From positions 339,538 through 377,080 of the forward strand of contig WELB01000025.1 in the NCBI GenBank assembly GCA_009602725.1: a stretch of 37,543 nt of DNA, read 5' to 3'. This document shows positions 18,897 through 31,759 of this stretch, piece after piece; position 1 is the first letter of the stretch, and every line of letters begins with the position of its first letter. Made by a program: the position numbers and the translations under genes. Source of the stretch: Spirogloea muscicola. Taxonomy: Eukaryota. The notes beneath the pieces are model-generated. The model was given only the letters and a program-made list of their open reading frames with translations, searched no databases and was not told the origin of the DNA.

Positions 18897-20997
18897 TCAC
18901 TGCCATGGAAACCTGCCGCCAGCCTTTTCGAATTTGGCAATGAAGAAATCCCTCAGACCTGTGTCATTCACCTGACAATGCTGGAAGCGCCAGTCTGTAG
19001 GCTCCACGGGCTCGGTGCCAAGGCCCTCAACTCGGTCACTGCTCTGGAGGTCTGACTTCTCGCCCCAATCCGTTACGTACGTCGCCACCCGCCGGAGGAA
19101 CTTCTGCTTGAAGTCATCCCAGGCTGGGAATTTATAGTGGTTGATGACAACGAGCGCCTTGCGCCACCGCACGTACTGATAGCCCTCCTTGAGGTCAAAG
19201 TGGTGGATGGCACCGCACCGCGTCCCATCCATCGCCTCCAATAGCACTGTATGACAGGGACACTACGTTTGTCTGCATTGAGTGTGCCTGATGAGCCTGG
19301 GCTGCAGGTCAGCCCTTGTGAATAATGACTCCGAATTTGAGCTTTAGCTAGACGATGGATGTCGGTTTTAGCAAGATGTTGTCATCTTTCTGGACAATGT
19401 TGATCAGGATTTAAACCAAGTCATCAAGCATGTCCCACAAATCGTACCAATAGACTTGTGCCGTTGCGGCTTCCGGTCCCGGCACGTGTAGCTGATGACC
19501 TGCCCGCCCGGCAGCTGACTTTCGAGTCCCGATGGGCCAAAGTCATAGCAGAGGAGCTGTACTGCTCCCACCGGCCCACCTCCGGAGGTCATCGACGCAC
19601 TGCGCTCCAGAATGTGGTGCAGCGCGGGCCTTCCCGGCTCGCCCAGCGCTGCCCGCAGAGAGACGAACTCGTCGACGTCAGTGTACATCATCCACGTGCA
19701 GTCTGGCTCTGCGTGCAGCGCGCAGTGCGAGAAACCGGCCTCCTGTGTCTTGAGCCACGGCCAGGGCCGCCGCGACACGTTGTAGCCCGTCTTGGCAAGC
19801 ACGTCCAGGGCGTCCTGTAGTCCATCGTCGCTGCACCCGTTGTTGCCGATAGAGCAGATAACAGTCAGCCAGAATCACAAGCAAAGTCACACCAAGCAGA
19901 GCCACCTTGCTTGTATTTGCACAGCACCATCAAAGACGATAAAATGCACTTGCCTGTTGTTGTCGTAGAAGAAGAAGCTCTCGACGCCGAGGTAAGTGTG
20001 GTAGGCCACCCACTCGTGCAGGAACCTTGCTTTGTTCCACACCATGGTGCAGGCGCAGAGGCGCCACCGCTTGCGCGCCGGCTTGACGCGGTCTCTCTCA
20101 AATGCCTGCAGGTCAAAGTACACGACCGACGGGAGCAGCCTGCCGCGCACACGGAGGCTGACTTTGCAGTCGTGGAGGCGGTGGACCGGGAGCCCCGGCG
20201 GCAGCTTGCACCGCACGCCCTCGTAGCAGGCGTCGGAGGCCGCCGTGCTCGCCACCGCGCCGAAGATGCAACGGAGGTCCTCCACAGGCGTCCGCTTCTG
20301 GGCTCTGCTCGCAACGACGCCCTTGGCGAAGACGAGCAGGTCGCCGTCTACCGGCACGGCCTCGTAGACGAGGCGCCGCCAGCCAGGAGCAACCGGGTAG
20401 CCCGCCGAGGTGGGTAGCCTCGTGCCGTTGCTGGCCACGAGCGTCACCGGCTGCGCGACGAGCCCCTGGCGCAGCTCCGTAGGTGGGTGCTCGCAGCGTG
20501 CCACGTGGCCGTCGACTGCGATGAGCGCCGTCTCGACGCGGCCGTCGAAGAGGCAGGCGCCGCCATCGCCGCCACGGCGCTGCAGCCTCGGCGAGCCTCC
20601 GATAAAGAGCAGCAGCTGCTCGTCGAACGCCACGGCGTCCCTGACGACGGCGGCGGCGTGGCCCAACGGCTCCGGGCCGTCGTCCCGCGCGACGGACAGC
20701 GGCAGGCCGTCGGCGACCGCAGCTGCGGAGCCGCCGCCGTCGAGCTCCTGCGGGCCTGCGTTCAGTGGCGACCAAGTCAGCCGAGCTCACACAGCAGCCA
20801 TGGCGGGCAGAGGGCAAGCCGGGCGGCGAGGGTGCTGAGGAGGGAGGGCCCGGACCAGAGCGCGCGAGGAGGTGGAGAACGAGCACAGTGGCGAACACGG
20901 TGGGGCCGAGCAGGGCACGCACCACCGCGCCGGGGGCCTTGATGGCCGGCAGCGGCGGCGGCCAGAGGAGCCGGGCGGCCTCCGCCAGCCCGCGCAT
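18897..20997 (-). CDS. Glycosyltransferase family 92 (DUF23) protein, type II membrane, 4 exons
   Basis: Exons 20997-20856, 20755-19954, 19830-19448 and 19246-18897. N-terminal hydrophobic anchor, then LCACTMVWNKARFLHEWVAYHTYLGVESFFFYDNNSDD, WPWLKTQEAGFSHCAL, YTDVDEF (DxD), RHKSIV and INHYKFPAWDDFKQKFLRRVATYVTDW. Confidence 0.9.
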
Positions 20998-21035
20998 GGC
21001 CTCGCGGCGGCGCCGGCGGCGAAGGCGCGCTGCTC

Positions 21036-21651
<616 letters not shown>

Positions 21652-24061
21652 GCCGGGAGTGGCGGCTCTGGCGGCGGCGCCGGCGGCGCCGAGGACGCGG
21701 CGCCGCTGGACTTCGGGCACCACGCGGCGGCGGAAGTGGCGCCGGCGTACGCGGACCTGGTGGCGTACGAGCCGTGCGAGCCGCGGCTGAGCGAGGTGAC
21801 GCCGTGCCAGGACCCCGAGCGCGCCAAGCGCTTCTCCCGGCGCCGCAACGAGTACCGCGAGCGCCACTGCCCGCCGCCGCCGGAGCGCCTCGCCTGCCTC
21901 GTGCCGCCGCCGCCGGGGTACCGGTACCCCATCCCGTGGCCGGCCAGCCGCGACGCCGCGTGGTACGCCAACGTGCCGCACAGGCACCTGACGGTGGAGA
22001 AGGCCGTCCAGAACTGGATCCGCTACGACGGCGACAAGTTCGTCTTCCCCGGCGGCGGCACCATGTTCCCCGAGGGCGCCGCTGCCTACATTGACGACAT
22101 CAACGCCCTCATCCCGCTTGAGGACGGCGGCGTCCGCCTCGCGCTCGACACCGGCTGCGGGGTACTGCTGATGCTTCCCCCACTTGCTCCGGTTGTCTGC
22201 ATGATCTGATGCTGCATGGCCATGTGAATACTCTGCACACATAGGTGATTGCTCTGGAAGCAGACACGAAACAGACGGCGTGCCGACCGACTCTTGAGCC
22301 GGTGCTCTTGGCAACGAGCTGCTCATGGGGGCTGGTGTGCCGCTGTCAGGTGGCGAGCTGGGGGGCGTACCTGCTGAGCCGGAACATCCTGGCCATGTCG
22401 TTTGCGCCGCGGGACTCGCACGAGGCCCAGGTCCAGTTTGCGCTGGAGCGCGGCGTGCCCGCAATGCTGGGCATCCTGGCCACCAAGCGCCTGCCCTACC
22501 CGGCGCGCGCCTTCGACCTCGCCCACTGCTCCCGCTGCCTCATCCCCTGGGCCTCCTCTGGTAGCCGTCTCTCCTCTCACAGCTCTGTGAATCGACGTCC
22601 TGATGTCTACGATCATGGTGGTGCTGTCATCGAGCGTGCAGGCCTCTCGCTCTTCGACCGTCTCATCTGCGCACTGCGTGTGATTGCCTGCTGCAGACGG
22701 CGAGCTCCTGCTGGAGGTAGACCGCGTGCTGCGGCCTGGCGGCTATTGGGTGCTCTCGGGCCCGCCGATCAACTGGCGGACGCACCACGCGGGGTGGAAG
22801 CGGACGCCCGACGACCTGGAGGCGGAGCAGGCCGGGATCGAGGACCTGACAAAGCGCCTGTGCTGGACCAAGGTTGTGGAGAAGGGCAACCTGGCCGTCT
22901 GGCAGAAGCCCCTCAACAACGAGTGCGCCAGGAAGAGGCCGGCGGGCGCTCTGCCGCCGCTGTGTCCCGAAAGCAGCGATCCTGATCACGCTTGGTACAC
23001 GCCGATGGAGGCGTGCATCACGCGGATGCCGGAGGTGAGCGAGGAGACCGAGGTCGCCGGTGGCAGCCTCCTGAAGTGGCCTGCGAGGCTGCAGGGCCCT
23101 CCGCCGAGGGTCAGCATGGCAGGACTGGTGGACGCCTTCGAGGCGGACTCGGAGCTCTGGCGGCTGCGAGTGGCAAAGTACAAGGCGCAGCTGCTCCCCC
23201 CCATGTCCACCAGCACGTACCGCAACATCATGGATGTCAACTCCGGCTTCGGCGGCTTCGCAGCAGCCCTGGCTGAGGACCCTGTGTGGGTGATGAACAC
23301 GGTGCCTCCCATGGGCACAAACAACACCCTCGGCATCATCCATGAGCGCGGGCATATAGGCGTGTACCACGATTGGTGAGACTCCCAAAGACCTTTGTGG
23401 TGACATTGGTTTGCAGAGCTTCCTCCTTAAGTGGTGATCCTGCAACTGCAGATTTCTTGGTATTTGCGCACAGCTGCTGGTCTGATGTTACTACTTGCTT
23501 TGTCATCGCTGGCAGGTGTGAGCCATTCTCTACTTATCCCAGGACCTATGACCTCATACACGCCACCGGAATATTTGCACTCACCAAGGATAGGTGAGTC
23601 CTTAGGATTATGCTGCTATTGGTGCTCATGCTGCCATTGGTTCTCAGGAACGTCCTATGAGATGTATGCTTGTTCAAGTAGAGGAAGAGGTAGCAAGTAG
23701 AGGTGGCTTTTGTAGATTGTTAAATATGTACTCGCCTCTAAAGCACTCGCAAGAATCCATAATGCGATGGGGGATCGAATTTGCAATGCACACCGGTAGA
23801 AAGGTTGCTGACTTATCAACTCATGCTATCTGCGTTGCCATTTGGCGCAGGTGCAACATGTCCACTGTGCTCCTCGAGATGGACCGCATCTTGAGGCCAG
23901 AGGGCGCGGTGCTTATCAGAGACCACATCGACTTCCTGGGCAAGGCGAAGCAGATTGCCAAAAACCTGCGCTGGGACGCCCAACTAGCTGACCACGAGTC
24001 TGGCTCCCATGACCCGGAGAAGGTTTTCATAGCCGTGAAAAGGATGTGGACATACTCGTAG
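21652..24061 (+). CDS. Probable SAM-dependent methyltransferase, PMT/DUF248 (Methyltransf_29) family; 5' end in gap
   Basis: Exons <21652-22161, 22350-22560, 22697-23375, 23516-23593 and 23851-24061. Motifs [113 protein letters not shown] and [10 protein letters not shown]. Confidence 0.93.
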
Positions 24062-24459
24062 TACCAGATCCAGGTGGCACTCTTCAGAGCTGCAGCTATA
24101 TATGGTTTTGAGAGGTTAAGTCTACAGGTAGCAAGCATAACTTGTTCGACAACAGCTCCAATGAGCTCTCAGAGCACCCAAGCTCACTCATAATAAACAC
24201 TCGGTTGCTCATCAAAAGGCTGAGCAGAACACAAAAGGACAGCATGCATGCACATAATTCACTTCATTCTTTTTTCAGCGTTTGACAGACCCTGTAGGAA
24301 TATTTGCATGTTATGGACAGCTCAGGGAAGCAACATCTGACTAGGCAGCAAGAAGTTGCTCAGCAGGACAAGCGCTGCGCAGCATCGCATGGGCCCTTGA
24401 AGCTCTTGTGCAATCAGCCGCAGCACAAGCCACTCATGCATACGATTGTCTTGCGATCA

Positions 24460-27290
24460 TCAGCCAATGTAACCCAGATAGTGGAGCAGCATAGCGAGCA
24501 AGACCATGCAAACGGCAAGCACAAGGCCCCACCGGCCCAGCAGCCACTCCTTGGCCTTGCGCCCCACCTCGGCTGCGCGTTGCGCCCTATCAGCCCATAG
24601 CATCTGCCGGCAAGGTGAAGACAGAGAAACCCGTGAGTCAGCACCCACAAATGCTTTCTATCGAGCACCCTAAGGCCCAAGTCTGATTTGGGGTGCCCCA
24701 AATCTGATGAGGGGATACAAGCGGATCAGTGTTGCTCACCACTTTCTCCATCTGCTTGGGGGACAATCCCTGCAGAATCTGCTGCGCTTGCTCAGCCTGC
24801 TCCTTGGTCATCTTCAAGCCCATCTGCTCGGTCATGGCTGCCATCGACTCCGCGCTCATCCCCTTCATCATCTCCGACATCATCTGCAGTCACAAGTACC
24901 AGAGCTTCATGCAAGCTTCTATGGCCGTTTCAGATCATCCCCGGTGCTTATGATGGATCTCCAGGTATGGTCTAAACGGTGAACAGGCAGAATGCAGCAC
25001 CTTCATCATCTCTGGGTTGCGCATCTGCTGCCTCAGGGTCTGCTGCATGTCCTCCGACATCATCATGCCGGGGGGCATGGCCATGCCAGGCGGGATCGCC
25101 ATGCTCGACGGCATGCGCTCTGCGCTTCTGCTGCCCCCTGCAGCCGCATCTGGCATCGCGCCTACCAGATCCGCCGCCTCTGCAACCTCCGCCGCTTGCT
25201 CCGACCTGGGCTCCAGCGCTGCCGCATGCCCACTGCTGCTGATGCTGGGCCCCCCTCGGGGTCTTGCGCTCCGGCCGCTGGTGGTTGCGGCGGCTGCAGC
25301 AGGGGGCCTGGGTGGCACAATGCCCTGCCCCTGCAGGGCTTGGCTCATCTCCAGCATACGGGAGAGGTCGTCGGGGGACAGGTTCTTCATCATCTGTGCC
25401 GCCGCAGCCGCCATCTCCGGCGTCATGGCGCCACCAGTCATGCTCGCAATCTGCTCGGGCGCTAGGTTCGCCATGACGGACTGCATGTTGCTGCCAAGCA
25501 AGCAGCCAAATTTACTTGGTTAATGTTTCAGTTCCAATCTGGCTATTCTGCCACTTAGCACATCAAATAGCAAAAATGTTGCTAATAGGACAGGAGAGTG
25601 TGGAAGGCCTGACCTAAGCATGTTGGGGTTTTGCTTCAGCTCTGCTAGACGGCTGGCCACAAACTCGCTCCCGAGGCTGCCCCCCGCAAGCGGGCTGGCC
25701 ACTCCGACGCCGTTGTCTAGACCGGAGCTGTCAGGCACCGCAGCCGACCTCTCATCCTCCGCTTCACCGTCGTCCAGCTCATCTATGCTCGGCACTGAGG
25801 GTGCAACTTGAGCAGGGCATTAGTGTCACACGAAGCTTCCAGTGTGCACGAAGACGTCAGGCCCAATGAACAAGCATAAGCAGCCAGGCAGCGAGACCTT
25901 TGGGCGCCTGGTTGACAGCCTCCTCCACCTCATCCTCCTCGTCATCCTCCTCTCCGGTCAAAACCTTTGCAGCAAGGTCGTCGCGCGCCTGCCTGCAAGC
26001 CAGGTCGCGGCGCCCCCACCAGCAGGTGAATCCATCTGTGCCCGATGATCTTGATCGGACAAGGAGCTGTTCACGACTTGGAGCGGCCCACTTTATAGGG
26101 GCTGCACGGAGCTAAGGAGGTCAGACAGACCTGAGTGTCTCGCCAATGGTCTCGTCGTCGGGTGCAAGATCTGCCGCTCGGCTCAGATCAGCAACTGCAG
26201 CCTGGAGGACCTTGCAGAACGTGTGTAAGGAGCTCTGCCAACCGGCAGAGCGTCCGCTTGAGGTGTCGTGGCATCCCCTAACCAACACAGTATCAGTAGT
26301 GCAGAGAGCAAGCTCCCAAGCACCACCTTGTAGGATGTGGGTTTAGCAGCAAAGCCCTGAGCTTGAGTAGCTGAGCGTCCCCCACCACTCCACAAGCCCA
26401 AGCAACAGCGAGCGATGACAGCACACACCCACCTTGAGCCGCCCGAGCTCCTTGCGGGCCTGGCCACGGCGGTACAGTGCCTTGAGATTCGACTCGTCTT
26501 CCTGGAGGACCTGCATACCACGGAGTGTCGGAGGTGGGATCCAATGCAGTCAGCGTGGGTTCTCGGCAAACTTGCGCCGAACAGTTGCTGCCACGAGCTC
26601 CACCTGAGGAGAAGGCAGCAGCATCACCTCGGAGCCCTCGGCAATGGCGTCGTTGTACTTGGCGAGCTTCAGGTAGCAGGACATGAGGTTCACGGAGCAG
26701 GTCTGCCGGAGGGAGCTCGACTCGACCGACGAGATCGACGCCACTGCCGCCTTCGCCTGCATGCACCACAGGCGCCTCAAAGGGCACAGGAGCATCAGGG
26801 AGCTTGGCAGCGTGCATGGCAGCAAGCGCCTGAGCTGCCTCGGTCCGGCCACGAGCGCTGGTCAGATAGCGGCAATAAGAGCGCGCGCGGGCGTCCACCG
26901 CAGGGCTCACCTGCTTGTACTTGTCCGCCGCGTCGGCGTACTTGCCCTGCCGGTGCAGCCTGTTGCCCTGTCGCGCTAGCAGGCCCCACCACAGACTTGC
27001 GGCACCCTGAGGCGCGGCAAGTGCTGCAGCAGCTGCGCAGCGGCGCTGCCTCCATGGCTGTCAGGTCAGCAGGGCCTGTGGCAGGGCCTTGGCACCTCGT
27101 CCTTGAGGCCGAGCGCGGCGCTGTACTGGGAGCGCGGCCCCTGCTGCTGCTGCAGGCCGGCCAGCTTGGCCTGGGCGTCCTCCATGGAGAAGCCCGAGGA
27201 GCCCATGCGCTCCATGGCGGCCTGCATGTCCGCGGGGCTCATGCTGCGCATGCTCGCCTGCGCCGCCTGCAGCACCTCCGGCGTCATCAT
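24460..27290 (-). CDS. OEP61: OEP61/TPR7-like TPR chaperone receptor with Met-rich STI1-like repeats and C-terminal TM anchor; true first exon apparently absent
   Basis: Exons encode LKDE/GNRLHRQGKYADAADKY, CSVNLMSCYLK..EGSE, NLKALYRRGQA, DLSRAADLAPDDETI, Met/Pro-rich repeats (MTPEM..MMKNLSPDDL, QMRNPEM) and tail KEWLLGRWGLVLAVCMVLLAMLLHYLGYIG* (stop at 24460). The ATG ATG at 27290 follows an acceptor-like TGCAG. Confidence 0.85.
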
Positions 27291-27401
27291 CTGCACGCCG
27301 TCGCTCGCGCTCTCAGCAGCGGGAGACGGAGGCTCTGGGCGAGCGAGGCGAGGCGGGAGCTCGGAGGACCGACGACGGCAAGAGGGCGCAGCCGAGGCGC
27401 C

Positions 27402-27431
<30 letters not shown>
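27402..27431. repeat. (GCG)10 microsatellite
   Basis: Perfect trinucleotide run between the PurN exon and the OEP61 intron-like sequence. Confidence 0.9.
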
Positions 27432-27432
<1 letters not shown>

Positions 27433-27438
27433 GATTAC

Positions 27439-27687
27439 CGGGCTTGTCGCTGACGACGACGGTGACCTCGCCGAAGACCTCGCCGTCGGCGATGGCCTCG
27501 CGGAGCCTGCGCAGGTTGCTGCCGCCGCCCGACACAAACACCGCAAGCTTCGTCGCGTCGTACGGGCTGGCCTCGCCGCCACCGCCGCCACCACCGGCCG
27601 CCTCCGCCGCCGCCGCCGCCGCGAATGCCGGCCTTGCGAGCGGCGGCCACCACAGCGTTGGCTGGAAGAGGCAGCCAAAAGAATCAT
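27439..27687 (-). pseudogene. Orphan first exon of phosphoribosylglycinamide formyltransferase (PurN/GART, plant PUR3 type)
   Basis: KLAVFVSGGGSNLRRLREAIADGEVFGEVTVVVSDKP(G) is followed by a GTAATC donor. The upstream ATG at 27687 gives an Arg/Ser/Ala-rich transit-peptide-like sequence, but one frame off. No further PurN exons were found in the window. Confidence 0.7.
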
Positions 27688-28059
27688 AGAGTTGGGCAAG
27701 CAGCTCCAGCTCACAGGGCTCCTCAGAGTGAGAAGCAGCTCATCCCTTGGAATCAGTGACCTATCCGCAAGGTCAAGTCAGTCGACAAGATTGCTAATTT
27801 TTGTACATACTCGATGAAGTCCAGGTCTATCTAAGATAAGGTTGTCTAACAGGTCAGGCTATGGCCTGAATTTGTGGGTGACATAGTGGACATGCCATGA
27901 TACCATGGGGAAAAGTTACTAATGCTCCTAAGCTTCACGCCACTGAGAAGGCACTGAGAAAATTGCAGAGACCATCAGGAGTAGAGTTCCAACATCTAAC
28001 ACTTAGGCACTAGGCACTAGCGTCTGTGGATGTCATAATCTTGCTTGCTTCTCGAAGAA

Positions 28060-28963
28060 TCACCTCCTTGTGCCCCTGCCACCTCGATGCCCACCTCCAC
28101 CTCTCCCTGTACCTCCTCTCCCTCCTGCAGGGCGGCTATGTAAGCCCAATGCGGCAATTCCACGCCGTGGCTTGACAGCCCTTCGCGCTGAATCTTCCTG
28201 ATCTTGCTCTCCCTGGGATCTTCCATGCTTCCGGCGACTAATAAACGATATCTCCCGACTTCCTCCTCCCTTAGCAGCAACAGCTGACCTGCCCAGCTCA
28301 GCTTGTGCAACTCGCTCGGCCAATGCCATACTGCGCTGCCCAGCAAGGGACATAGCACTCCTATATGCTGCTGCATGAGCCTCATCCCTTGCTTCATACA
28401 ACCTGCAAGCAAGAATGTCATGTGTCTCAGTCCAGCACTGCAGGACGACTTATTTCTGCGACCTTGTTGTGGACAACTGTTATACAGTCACATCACCTGG
28501 GGCCAGGTGCAGCTGCTCCTCTGCTGCTTGTGGATCCTCGTGCATCTGACCGGCGTGACCCACCACCCTCCCCTGCGTCCTCTTCTCTTGACATACTGAG
28601 GTTATCAAGCTCATTGTGAGCGTCAACAAGGTCAAAGTGCTCTTGCAATAGATGACTACCACGACCCTTGTCGGCATTTGGGTGCAGTGCCTTGTACTCT
28701 GGCGCATCCTCATCAACTGCAAAGGCCTGCATATACCACAAGTTTCTTTGATTAGCTGATGCAAATACACAAGACTGTGATTGCAATGCTGCTCTAGAGG
28801 TCAAGGGCCTAATTTGTAAAGCATGGCAATGGCGGCTTACCTCATCTTCAAACATCACAGCAAAACGGTCGTCTTCCAACAGATCTGCTGCAGGTCGTGA
28901 CCGTGACTTGCTCTTAGAAACCTCCACCTCCTCTTCTGCCTCCTCGCCAGAGGCTTTCGCCAG
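28060..28963 (-). CDS. NOL10: 3' portion of nucleolar protein 10 (NOL10/ENP2; NUC153 motif); 5' part lost at the single N
   Basis: Three exons give LLEDDRFAVMFEDE/AFAVDEDAPEYKALHPN..LLQEHF, GGSREISF, RRGIAALGL and an RGG-rich tail, ending in the stop at 28060. Confidence 0.8.
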
Positions 28964-28964
28964 N

Positions 28965-31390
28965 TTCGACCACGTCATTGCGCAGGCCGGCCCCGCGGAC
29001 CTGCGCGAGACCCGCGGCGTGGCGCAGTTCGAGCGCGCCGCACGACGCCTGGCTCGCAAGCTGGAGGCATTCCGGCGGGACGATGATGGCGGCACGCTGC
29101 TGTGGCTCGGCCGCTGGGCAGTGCAGGAGCTGCGGCTGCGCGCCCACGACCGCCAGGTGGCCAGCGCCGAGCTGGGCACCGTCAACAACGTGCGCGCGGC
29201 CGCGTTTGACGCCGCCGCCTTCAAGGTCATGGACGAGCTCGGCATCAACTGGCTGGACCTGCGGCCGCTGACGGAGCCGCGCGCGGACCTGGCCGCCGCC
29301 GACGGCCTGCACTACGCCGGTCCCGTCCTGGAGGCCATGACGCACCTCTGGCTCTCCACCGTGTGCGCGGCCGCTCCGCGGGGCCCCGCGGCGGCCGAGC
29401 CCTCAGCCGCCGTCGACCAGAGCCTGGATGTGGAGGAGGTGCCGATGCCGCCGCTGGCGCCCAGCCCGCCGGAGGTGGACGACTGGAGCCGGCCGGACCA
29501 GGTGTTTGACAGCAACGTGCTGGACGACCAGGACGGCGGTGCCGGCGGCGAGGGAGGCGGCCGGCGAGGCAGCTCCGGCAGGGGGGACGAAGGCGGCCTG
29601 AGCGGCGACGGCGGGCCGCAGAAGGCGTGGGAGGGCGGCGAGCTGCTAGAGAAGATTCGCATGGAGACGTTCCTGCCGGGGAGCCGGGAGGTGTTTGTGT
29701 CGTTCGAGCAGTTGCAGGCGTGGCGCAAGGTGCTCAAGGCTGCGGAGGCCGGGGGCAATGCCAGCAGCAGCAGCGAAGCTGCGGCGGCAGGCTCCGCGGC
29801 GCCATCTCCGCCGCCGCTGCTGGGGGGGCCGACCCACATCGACTTCTGCGCCGGGCTGCCGGAGCGCGTGGCCTACACGCCGGCTGTGCGGCTGGACAAC
29901 CGCGTGACGTTCCAGCACTTTGCCAAGTGCCGGTGGTACCGCAAGACGTGCAAGAACCACGGGAAGGCGCCGTACCCGCGCAACTGCCGCCCGAAGCACT
30001 TGACTCCTCTCGTGGCCACCGGCCTGCTCGAGCGCTGCGGCGACTGGTGCCCTTCCGCGACCTGGTGTCTCGACGGCAACCTGCCCGCCAACGGCACGTG
30101 GAAGACGATGCGCCGCGACCCGGCAGTGCTGGTGCACCCGCCGTTTCTGGCGGCGTTCCGGGACGTGTTTGTGTCGCGGCTGGGCGACATCTACACGGAC
30201 CGCCACCTCTTTGACCCCCGCGGCGAGTGCTATGGCATTGAGACGGCGCGTACGCACCTGCGCACGGACGCAGCGCGTGGCCTGCAGCACCCCGTCAAGC
30301 GCGTGTATGTCATGGACGGCTTTGGCGACGGGCCCTTCCACGCCGTTTATGAGTGCCTGTCACGGCTTGCGCCGTACTACTCCACCCTATCGGACGAGTC
30401 CGACATCATGATCCACGTCAATGGTGAGTACTCTCCTCTCAATCACAACCAGACACAAACTGGGGCTTTTTGCCGCTCTTTGCTGCTGCTACATCGATGG
30501 CACGGCTCTCAGCCAGCTGGCATGGTGGAATCTGTCCTGGCACGCAGGGCTGGAGGGCTCAGACGGGGAGGTGGACGAGCAGTTGCTGCAGATGCTGGCA
30601 TACCTCGGCTTCCCACGCGAACGCGTTGTCTCGCATGACGTCTTTGCCAAGGAGGCCATTGTCGCGCAGGCACCCTGCCGTATCCCCTTCAATTCTACAG
30701 AGGCCATCTACCTGGAGACGCTGCGGGACATTGTGATATCCCGCCTGCCGGACGCACAGCGGCTGCATGCGCACCCTGGCCAGGGCCTGGGCACGGTCCT
30801 TGTCATGTCCAATCCCTGGCACCGCCGGGTGAGCTTGGACGCTGGGCTTCGCAGATAGGAAGCCCGTGCATCACAGCTTGTAGTGAGGCTCTCACATCTG
30901 TAAACTTTGGGAAGCTGAGCTGTCGTACTAATGCTGCTGTTCCTAGGTCGCTAATGAGGCTGCGCTGATGAGAACGTTGGCGTCCCTGAGCAACCGCACC
31001 GTTGAGCGGTTTGTGGATGACGGCGCACTCAGTGTGGTGGAGCTGTGGCCCATGTTTCACCGTGCCGACGTGGTTGTTGCACCACATGGCAGCGCGCTTG
31101 CGCACTTGATAGGGTGCCGGCGCGATACGGTGGTCATTGAGATGATGCAGCCGTGGTCCGACAACGGTGACCCTGCTGGCGGCAGCATCTCCTTTGAGCT
31201 GCTCTCGGTGGCACTGAACCTGCAGTACCATGTGTTTGTGCCCCACTACTTCAACCCCCACGCACAGGGCAAGGATGGCGACTCGTACTTTGTCGTAGAC
31301 CTGCGCAAGATGGCCCCCAACTTTGAGAAGGTATTTGCCAACCTGACGCGGAGCTATCAGCCTGGAGGAACAGCTCGCGTAACATTCTGA
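28965..31390 (+). CDS. Putative glycan-modifying protein: SGNH/PC-esterase-like domain, linker, then GT61-like (DUF563) domain; 5' end missing
   Basis: Exons <28965-30423, 30548-30828 and 30947-31390, with consistent phases. N-terminal part has GPAD, LLW, GINWLD..LT..R..DGLHY..LWLSTVC (SGNH DxxH motif). C-terminal part has FHAVYECLSRL, LAYLGFPRERVV, RRVANEAALM and ADVVVAPHGSALAHLIGCRRDTVVIEM (GT61-like). Confidence 0.65.
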
Positions 31391-31759
31391 CATCGCCACA
31401 GGAGCTTGGTAGGTGCATTCTCCTCACCACTCCAGCATTCGGTATAATCTGGGCTGGTCGTCTGTCTCGTGTGAGGATCAAGCCGTCTTTGCCTCCCAGC
31501 TCGTCCATGCATGGAGGGGCCTGGGGTCATCTAATGCACAATGCTTACGGCCTTGGTACAGGTCTGGAGATGCAACATTAAATCGGTGTCTATACTTGAG
31601 AAGCACCACTAGCAGGAGCCGCGGAGGGCGAATTGCCTTCTTCTCTTTCGAACTTGGCAGCAGCAGCACCCCTTACTCCACGGCACATTGCCGGGAACAG
31701 GATTGTGGCAGGTCAAGCTTACAGAATTACAGCAACGAGGCCAAGGCAGGTTCTCGTCA

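Noticed and set aside
24685..24704. Palindrome GATTTGGGG-TG-CCCCAAATC in an OEP61 intron, near TGATGA
   Set aside because: A single short hairpin; the box-C-like motif is on the non-transcribed strand, so there is no support for a snoRNA.
26415..27689. Long antisense or alternate-frame ORFs (e.g. 424 aa here; 4092-5150; 35888-36868)
   Set aside because: These are shadow ORFs of GC-rich coding sequence with no recognisable motifs.
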